Origin: Eledone cirrhosa
Taxonomy: Eukaryota
Assembly (NCBI GenBank): GCA_964016885.1
Contig: OZ024757.1
Coordinates: 8,990,001-9,054,000, forward strand
Reading direction: 5' to 3'
Length of the DNA stretch: 64,000 nt
This document shows, piece by piece, positions 54,571-64,000 of the stretch. Each line of letters opens with the position of its first letter. Positions within the stretch are counted from its first letter, which is position 1. Made by a program: the position numbers and the translations under genes. Under the pieces are notes generated by a model that was given only the letters and a program-made list of their open reading frames with translations, did no database searches and was not told the origin of the DNA.

Positions 54571-56649
54571 TAAAGTCTGTCTTAAGCCAGAAGGCTCATT
54601 TGGCCGGAGCTTATCCCGGTTTCATGGTGTGAAGCGACTGAGAGTACAAGATCCCCCTGGACAGGACACAGTCCATCACAGGGTTATGTAAGGTATATAT
54701 TAAATGACTGAGAGTATAAGACTCCCCCTTGGACAGGACACAGTCCATCACAGGGTTATGTAAGGTATATATTAAATGACTGAGAGTCACCCTGGACAGG
54801 ACACCAGTCCATCGCAGGGTTATGTAAAGTATATATTAAGCAACTGAGAGTACAAGACTCCCCCCTGGACAGGACACCAGTCCATCGCAGGGTTATGTAA
54901 GGTATATATTAAGCAACTGAGAGTACAAGACTCCCTCTGGACAGGACACCAGTCCATCACAGGTTATGCAAAGTATATATTAAGCAACTGAGAGTACAAG
55001 ACTCCCCCCTGGACAGGACACCAGTCCATCGCAGTGTTATGTAAAGTATATATTAAGCAACTGAGAGTACAAGACTCCCCCTGGACAGGACACCAGTCCA
55101 TCACAGGGTTATGTAAGGTATATATTAAGCAACTGAGAGTACAAGACTCCCCCTGGACAGGACACCAGTCCATCACAGGGTTATGTAAGGTATATATTAA
55201 GCAACTGAGAGTACGAGACTCCCCCCTGGACAGGACACCAGTCCATCGCAGTGTTATGTAAAGTATATATTAAGCAACTGAGAGTACAAGACTCCCCCTG
55301 GACAGGACACCAGTCCATCACAGGGTTATGTAAGGTATAAATTAAGCAACTGAGAGTACGAGACTCCTCCCTGGACAGGACACCAGTCCATCACAGGGTT
55401 ATATAAGGTATATATTAAGCAACTGAGAGTACAAGACTCCCTCCTGGACAGGACACCAGTCCATCACAGGATATGTAAAGTATATATTAAGCAACTGAGA
55501 GTACAAGACTCCACCCTGGACAGGACACCAGTCCATCACAGGTTATGCAAAGTATATATTAAGCAACTGAGAGTACGAAACTCCCCCCTGGACAGGACAC
55601 CAGTCCATCACAGGGTTATGTAAGGTATATATTAAGCAACTGAGAGTACGAGACTCACCCCTGGACAGGACACCAGTCCATCACAGGGTTATGTAAGGTA
55701 TATATTAAGCAACTGAGAGTACGAGACTCCCCCCTGGACAGGACACCAGTCCATTGCAGGGTTATGTAAGGTATATATTAAGCAACTGAGAGTACAAGAC
55801 TCCCCCCTGGACAGGACACCAGTCCATCACAGGATATGTAAAGTATATATTAAGCAACTGAGAGTACAAGACTCCACCCTGTACAGGACACCAGTCCATC
55901 ACAGGTTATGCAAAGTATATATTAAGCAACTGAGAGTACGAGACTCCCCCCTGGACAGGACACCAGTCCATCGCAAGGTTATGTAAAGTATATATTAAAC
56001 AACTGAGAGTACAAGACTCCCCCCTGGACAGGACACCAGTCCATCACAGGTTATGCAAAGTATATATTAAACAACTGAGAGTACAAGACTCCACCCTGGA
56101 CAGGACACCAGTCCATCACAGGGTTATGTAAAGTATATATTAAGCAACTGAGAGTACAAGACTCCCCCCTGGACAGGACACCAGTCCATCGCAAGGTTAT
56201 GTAAAGTATATATTAAGCAACTGAGAGTACGAGACTCCCCCCTGGACAGGACACCAGTCCACCGCAAGGTTATGTAAAGTATATATTAAGCAACTGAGAG
56301 TATAAGACACCCCCGGACAGGACACCAGTCCACAGCAGGGTTAAGTAAAGTATATATCTAGCAACTGAGGGTATAAGACTCCCTCCTGGACAGGACACAA
56401 GTCCACCGTAGGGTTATTATGTAAAGTATATATTAAGCAACTGAGAGTACAAGAATCCCCCCTGGATATGACACCAGTCCATCGCAGGGTTAAACCTCCA
56501 GCTATTGCTGGTATTCATTTTCAGCTGAGTATACTGGAGCAATGTGAAGTGAAGTGTTTTGCTCAAGAACACAACACGCAACCGAGGAATCGAGCCCACA
56601 ACATTATGATTGTAAGTCCAACACCCTTACCACTAGGACACGTGCCTCC
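54571..56649 (-). mobile_element. tRNA-CORE SINE expanded by an internal ~72-73 bp tandem array (about 25 copies, 54635-56490)
   Basis: Head and CORE at 56500-56649; tail AAACCGGGATAAGCTCCGGCC..GACAGACTTTA at 54571-54630. Confidence 0.9.
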
Positions 56650-56688
56650 ACACGCACACTTATATATACATATATATATATATATACA

Positions 56689-57032
56689 GGAGGCACCTGG
56701 CTTAGTAGTTAGAGCATTGGCCTTGCAATCGAAAGGTTGTGAGTTCAATTCTCAGACCGGGTGATGTGTTGTTTCCTTGAGCAAGACACTTTATTTCACA
56801 TTGCTCCAGTGTACTCAGCTGTAGAAATGAGATGATAGGGACTGGGGTCCCTATCATTCCACTGCAAAGTGGTCGTGGAGGTGCCACGGCAAAAAGAAAG
56901 CACCCAGCACTCACTGTAAATGAAGTTGGTGTTAGGAAGGGCATCCAGCTGTAGAAATCAAGCCAGAATCAGTTCCCGTCCCACCCTTGCAAGCAGGGAA
57001 AAGCGGACGTAAAATGATGATGATGATGATGA
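56689..57032 (+). mobile_element. tRNA-CORE-RTE SINE
   Basis: Same family as 33382. Confidence 0.92.
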
Positions 57033-57230
57033 TATATGTATATATGTATGTAGACCACCTGTGATCTGTTGAGTAACGTTCACCTCAAAATAATTTTACA
57101 CAAACATGTATATATACGTGTGTGTGTATATACATATATATATGTATGTGTGTATATATATATATATGTGGGTGTCTGTGATCTATATATACTGGTCATA
57201 GACACATATACATATATATCCACACACACT

Positions 57231-57321
<91 letters not shown>

Positions 57322-57648
57322 CCACCAGCTCTCTCTCTCCTTCTCTCCTTCTCTCTATGTCTCTCTTTCAATCTATTCTGTCACAACCACTCTCTCTTCC
57401 TCTATCTCTCTCTCTATTTATTAAGGTACCCCAGAAACCCCATATCTCGGGAACACCTGCTCCGATTTACTCGAAACTTGTTTTATTCCATTTGTATTCC
57501 CATTTCAGGGTCAACTTCCTTTCGAGGTATTTTCCCATTATCTGCCCTTTTGGCTGTATTACATTACGTTACATAGATATTTTTATTTAAAGACATTTTT
57601 CCAATTCCAACCCGCCCGTCCCCTCAATCTATCTTATTTCTCATTCTT

Positions 57649-57684
57649 TCATCTGATGAAAGACTAGCGTCCAAAACGTTAAGA
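57649..57684 (+). ncRNA. Mutated copy of the 47466 hammerhead, within a ~175-bp repeat (57588-57762 about 47406-47580)
   Basis: CTGATGAAAGACTAGCGTCCAAAACGTTAAGA; GAAA mutated to AAAA. Confidence 0.65.
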
Positions 57685-58062
57685 CCCTCTTCCTGCTATA
57701 TCAAGCGTTAACCTAATATATCCCTTCCATATACTGTACCGATTGTGTTGTTATTTCTGTTTAGCTTTTATATACATATATACATGTATATACATATATG
57801 TATGTATATACATATATATATGTATATATATATACACATGTATATACATATATGACTGATAGCAGATGTTCTGGTGAAATAGTAGTTTTACTACTACAGA
57901 TTGCAATGAAGACGTTTCTTTCGTATTCGCCTCATTCGGGAAACCTCTGGTAATGAGGTAATTATATTGTATTGATTTTTATATATTAAATTCTGCTCTG
58001 GTACTTACATAGAGCACACTTCACTTCTAAGAACTTTTCTGTTTTCAACGGAAATTTCAATA

Positions 58063-58105
<43 letters not shown>

Positions 58106-58146
58106 GTTACACAAGATATATAATTAGATTAATTAAAGTTATAATG

Positions 58147-58360
58147 GTTTCTTATATAGGCACAAGGCCTGCAATTTGGGGGGAGGGAAAAGTCGATTAA
58201 ATCGACCGCAGTGCGTGACTGGTACTTTATTTTATCGACCCCGTAAGGATGAAAGGCAAAGTTAACCTCGGCGGGATTTCAACTCAGATCATAAAGGGAG
58301 GTAACTCTATGCTTCAAAGCGTGGCGTCCGACCCTCTATTATACTGCCAATCCATCGCCC
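58147..58360 (-). mobile_element. Nin/Deu-domain tRNA SINE
   Basis: Same family as 45648. Confidence 0.88.
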
Positions 58361-58366
58361 GAGGTA

Positions 58367-59357
58367 TCATTATCTATAAAAGGCAGATTTTTGTGTCTGT
58401 ATGTATGTTTCAATTTTATACATTTACACAATTCCAAAAATATTGAATGAATAATTAAGCAGAATGTTTACAAATATTCTAACTTGGGTCATGGGCGAAC
58501 TTATTGGGTAAAAAATGCCACAATTACGGAAAAATCGATTTATTTCAACAATCGATGATTTCTCCTCTCTCATATGATATACGTTTCCTATATCTACTCC
58601 CCTCATCACCTCCCCTTACAATTGCTACCTTCTCTCATAAGTGTTTGTGAAAAAGAGAAACATTGAAAAAAAAACATATACACACATATATGTGGGTGCA
58701 TACACACACATATATGTTGGTATGGTTACGATTGACGTCATAGAAACAGGAACACGGGAATTTCAATCAATCAACGCATACACAGTTTGTTTTAAAAATA
58801 ACAATAGCATATTATGATAAAGAGGGAGAGAGATACAAACAGACACACTAAAAGACGGATATATGTGTGTGTGTTTGTATTAGCGCGTTCAAACTCCATT
58901 TCGAAGCTGACTTTCATTTATTAAACTGGGACTTTCAATTACTAAACTGTAAGTTTTTCAGTTGCAAATATTTTTCTAAACACATTTGCTTACTAACATT
59001 TGTGTCAATACAACAATAACAATATACATAGACATACAGTACATATACACACATACATACATATACACACATACAGGCAATATACACACATACATACATA
59101 TACACACATACATACAAATACCTGTCACTTAATTTACACACACATCGGCCTTACACTTTCAAAGTAAATTTTTCTGTAAAAGTAACTTTAACCCTTTATT
59201 TTCGACATAAAAATACACACATACATATAAAGACCTGTAAATTTTTTTTGGGGGGCCTTTCTTATCAATCTTTTTACATTCAATTATCAGCATTATACTT
59301 TCAAAGTCAATTTTTATGTTGAAGTAACTTTCAACCTTTAATACATACATACATACA

Positions 59358-59389
<32 letters not shown>

Positions 59390-62300
59390 CACACATACAT
59401 ACAAATACCTGTCACTTATTTTACACACACATCGGCCTTACAACTTCATACACACATACATACAAATACCTGTCACTTAATTTACACACATATCGGCATT
59501 AAACTTTCATACTATATTTTTTTGTAGAAGTAACTTTAACTCTTTCTTTTCGACATCAAAATACACACATACATACAAATACCTGTACATGTTTTTTTTT
59601 TTTTGGGGGGGGGGGGGGCCTTTATCATCAATCTTTTTACATTCAATTATCAGCCTTATACTTTCAAAGTCAATTTTTATGTTGACGTAACTTTCACCCT
59701 TTATTTTTCGATACCTATTTACTTACTAACATTTGTATCCCAACAACAATAACAATATTCATAAACAAACAGTAGATTTTCAAAGTAAATTATTCTGTAG
59801 AACTAACTTTCACCCTTTCTTTTGGACATAAAATGCCACCTAAAAAGAGAAGTCGCCTCAGTCGACATACCGCGTCAGCAGTGGCGCAAAAGGCTACTAT
59901 AACAAACGAGTCCTCTGAGGAAAATGCTTCAAGACTTTCACAGACAGCCTTACGTTCAGCAGAATGTCGAGCCGCTGAAAGTTTCCAACAGCGCACCGCA
60001 CGCCTAGCCAAAATGGCTTCATACCAGGCTTCTTCCAGGGCTTCAGAGAGCCGTGAACAAAGGTCGAAGCGCCTGGCTAGAAACGATGCGACTAATGCTG
60101 CTTCCAGGTCTTTGGAACGTTTAAAACAACGGACGGCTCGCCTTCCTACGAACGCTGCGGCTATGACTACTTCCATGGCTTCTGAAGATGCAGACGGGCG
60201 GTCCATTAGCATTGCAAATATTGCTTCTGCTATTGCTGCCAGACCTTCCCACCAACCACACGACCAATGTTCTACGTTCAACCGTAACAGTCGAAGGCGA
60301 AGAGCTGCACGCGGTGTGACGAGCCCCAACAGCCCTTACTGGCACCCACGGGCTTTCAAGTATGAGCAAAACGTTAATTACTCGATGCGCTCTGACATAA
60401 ATATAGGCGAGATGCGCTTCAATTGCCAATTCTGCAATGCTACAAAGTGGGCTGGGGAGCCACCTGCAATGTGCTGCTTAAACGGAACCGCCAGAGCCTT
60501 TGAAGGAACTACTGACTGGTTATACCTCAAGGTCATCCAAATTCCTTCAGATCATCAGGAAATACAATTGTGCGTTTCAGATGACTTCTTTCGGGGCTAA
60601 CGTTGTCAGAGAAAGTGGTTGGATGCCTACTTTCAAGGTCCAGGGGCAGGTGTACCATCTTATTGGGTCGCTCCAGCCACTACAAAATTGCAAGCCTTCG
60701 TTCCTTCAAATTTACTATATTTCGAACTACAGTAGGCAAGTTGATGTGCGGTTTGGCGTTATTCCACCACCTGCAAACACTGGCGCTGACAACGTAGACA
60801 GGGACGTGCTGCTCAGTCTGCAAAACATGCTTCATGAGCACAACAGCTATATTCGCAGTTTTAAATACGCCTTGGAAACAGTTCCTTCACCAAACTTCAC
60901 CATTGTCATCGATGCTGACAAAAGACCTTCTGGAGAGCACGCACGCCGTTATAACGCTCCTTCGTGCAATGAAGTGGCTGTAGTTCTCCATGGTGAACAG
61001 CACAATAAACGAGACATAGTTCTTCAAAGCCGTGACAGTGGTCTTCAACGTATTAATGAGACACATCGTTCCTACGACGCCCTGCAGTATCCCCTTCTTT
61101 TTGCATACGGAGAAGACGGCTACCATTTCGGCATTCCTCAGTGCAAACCAAACGAGCCCACTGCTGCGACATCTAAAACTGTTTCATGTATGGCTTTCTA
61201 CTCATACCGCTTCATGACGAGGCCTAATGATTTTAGCCCCCTGCACAGATCACGGGAACTGTTTCACCAGTTTGCCGTTGACATGGCTGCAAAGATGGAG
61301 TCGGAGAGACTGTGCTTCATAAAATTGAATCAGAAGCAGCTGCGCTCAGACTCCTACATCCATTTGCGTGACGGCATCAGGAATGACACTGACCCCCGGA
61401 ACATCGGCAAAATGTGCATTCTACCTTCAACATATACAGGGGGGGCCACGGTACATGCACGAGCGATCACAAGACGCTATGACTTTCATTCGGCATTATG
61501 GGCGCCCCGATTTATTCATCACGTTTACGTGTAACCCGAAGTGGGTTGAGGTAACGCGAGAACTTCTCCCAGGGCAGCAGTACTGCCACCGCCATGATAT
61601 TATTGCCAGGGTTTTTAGACTGAAGCTGACTAAGATAATTGATTTAATCAAAAAGGGGCAGGTTTGGGGGCCTGTTAAGTGCCACATGTATACTGTTGCG
61701 TGGCAGAAGATAGGGTTGCCACACGCGCACATTTTGGTTTGGTTGGTCACCAAAATAGACCCTACAGTTATAGATGACATCATCGCAGCAGAAATCCCCG
61801 ACCCCTCTGTTGACAGGCAGCTGTACGACATTGTGAAGGCACACATGATGCACGGTCCGTGCGGTCGCGGTTTTCAAGAGTTCTCCTCATGCCACAAAAA
61901 CCATGTGTGCACTAAACGATACCCAAAGAGGTTCGTGGACGAGACACAGACCGGCGGCGACGGATACCCACTGTACAGACGAAGGGGCCCTGAGAATGGT
62001 GGATTCACTATGACGTTACGGGGTCATCGTGTTGATAATCGGTGGGTGGTCCCGTACTGTCCATTTCTGATGAAAACTTTCAACGCTCATATAAATGTTG
62101 AGTTCTGTCATTCAGTAAAATCGATAAAGTACATATGTAAATATGTTAACAAGGGTTCCGACGCTGCCATGTTCAGCCTTCAAAAGGACAATAGCATGGA
62201 CGAGGTGTCGCAGTACTTGGCAGGTCGATATATCAGCAGTGGTGAAGCTTTTTGGCGCATATTCGGGTTTCCAATTCACCAAAGGCAACCCGCCATCATA

Positions 62301-64000
62301 CAACTAGCGGTTCATTTGGAAAATGGCCAGCGGGCCTACTTCACTGAACAGACTGCTGCCCAATTGGTGGCCAATCCTAAAGAAACAACTTTGACTGGTT
62401 TTTTTAAGCTTTGCCAAGTTGACACATTTGCCAAAACACTTTTATACCCTCAGGTCCCGTCCTACTACGTGTGGTCTAACAACACTTGGGTGCGTAGGAA
62501 GTCGGGTCAGGATGTTGAAGGACATCCTGGTGTCAAGTTTAACAGTTGTCTAGGAAGAGTGTACACTGTACCTTCCAACCAGCATGAGTGTTTTCATCTG
62601 CGCCTCTCCTCCATGATGTTTTCGGCCCACAAAGCTTTCGGGACATAAGAACTGTTAATGCTGAATTATGTGATACTTTCCGGGAAGCATGCTTTAGGCG
62701 TGGCCTTTTGGAGGACGATTCACAATGGGCCGCCACAATGGCAGAGGGCGTTTTGTTAAAATCTCCTAAAAGACTAAGATCACTTTTCGCTATTCTACTC
62801 CTATGGTGCGACTTGGGTGATCCGGCCTCTTTATGGATTACCTACAAAGATTACATGTCTGAAGATTTCCTGCGTCACGCTCGGGTGCTAAATCCATCAA
62901 TGGAAGTCGAGTACAGTGACCTCATTTACAACAGGGCGCTGCTTGAAATTGAAGATACTGTTCTCAATATGGGCGGTAGTGCGTTGCAAGTGTATGGCCT
63001 AACTTCTACAAACCGGGAAGGCGCAAACACTCTGTCTTCGGATTTGCTGTGTGAGACATGTTATAATGTTGACGAGCTTGCCCACTACATAGCGGAGAAT
63101 GAGCCAAAGCTCCTTCCAGAACAGAAGTTTGCTTACAACTCCGTTGTTAATTCTGTCCGGGGCAAAGCTGGGGGGATATTTTTCCTGGACGCTCCTGGGG
63201 CAGTGGGAAAACTTTTGTCAACAAATTAATATTGGCTGAGATTAGGCGAACAGAAGGCATTGCCTTAGCTGTGGCATCTTCTGGAATTGCAGCTACTTTG
63301 TTGCCAGGCGGCAGGACAGCTCACTCCACTTTCAAGCTCCCGCTTGACTTAGCGAAGACTGAGACACCAACTTGCAACATCAGTAAGAGCTCCGATCAGG
63401 CAGAAGTGTTCAGACGATGCAAGCTTATCGTTTGGGATGAATGCACGATGGCCCACAGAGGTGCTCTTGAGGCGCTAGATAGATCTCTGAGAGACATTAA
63501 AGACTCTACGACTCCCATGGGAGGCATAACACTTCTTCTCTCAGGGGACTTCAGGCAAACACTTCCCGTTATTCCAAAGGGGACTAGAGCTGATGCAGTA
63601 CGTGCGTGTCTTAAGTCATCCAAATTGTGGCCCCTGGTGAAGACTCTGAAACATCACACTAACATGCGTGCTCATATGCGAGATAACATCGCATCAGCAG
63701 CATTTTCTCAGACCCTCCTTGCACTTGGCGAAGGCAAAACACCATCGGATGAAAAGGGTAATATTGCCATTGACTCACTTTGTACCGTGGTTAATTCGCC
63801 TTCTGATCTCAGGGATGCAGTGTTCCCAGATCTAAAAGCAAATTATCAGAATATGGATTGGATTGGCCAAAAGGCTATTCTGGCCCCGAGGAATAAAACT
63901 GTTCAACATATTAACGATCAAATGCTAATACTCATTCCTGGAGATTGCTATGTATATAAGTCTATTGATAGAACTCCTGACCCCGAGGACATCATCAACT
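58367..64000 (+). mobile_element. Autonomous-type Helitron that continues beyond the window
   Basis: Probable 5' end A|TCATTATCTATAAAAGG, repetitive 5' leader, RepHel coding region. Confidence 0.92.
59833..64000 (+). pseudogene. Helitron RepHel (HUH Rep + Pif1 helicase), split by 4 frameshifts
   Basis: DLFITFTCNPKW, GLPHAHIL, KYICKYVNKG; FLDAPG-GSGKTF, VASSGIAATLLPGGRTAHSTFKLP, IVWDECTM, GDFRQTLPV. Confidence 0.96.

Noticed and set aside
54635-56490. CRISPR-like regular array
   Set aside because: The whole unit repeats with no unique spacers; it lies inside a SINE; no cas genes; eukaryotic context

Overview
AT-rich, repeat-dense animal genomic DNA, most likely a coleoid cephalopod (Octopus-like). 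That assignment is inferred from the single-exon tandem C2H2 zinc-finger gene with [15 protein letters not shown] linkers, huge (AT)n tracts, RTE LINEs with (GAT)n tails and tRNA-derived CORE- and Nin-type SINEs. Only one intact host ORF is visible, the C2H2-ZNF at 22422-24020, plus ZNF remnants. The rest is mobile DNA: RTE LINEs carrying a PHD-like finger, a Penelope GIY-YIG fragment with an inverted pseudo-LTR, a CRE-clade fragment, a nearly intact Helitron running off the right end, mini-Helitrons, a TTAA MITE, SINEs and several TE-born minisatellites. The most striking unannotated signal is 14 hand-folded type I hammerhead ribozyme motifs from about 8 unrelated sequence families, mostly next to (AT)n tracts. 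Six belong to a ~500-520 bp non-coding monomer found in tandem and inverted arrangements, with one hammerhead per monomer, an extended stem II and a compensatory base-pair change. This is a candidate retrozyme-like, Penelope-mobilised circular-RNA system. All folds were done by eye and activity is untested. Most short ORFs in the supplied track are microsatellite or antisense artefacts.
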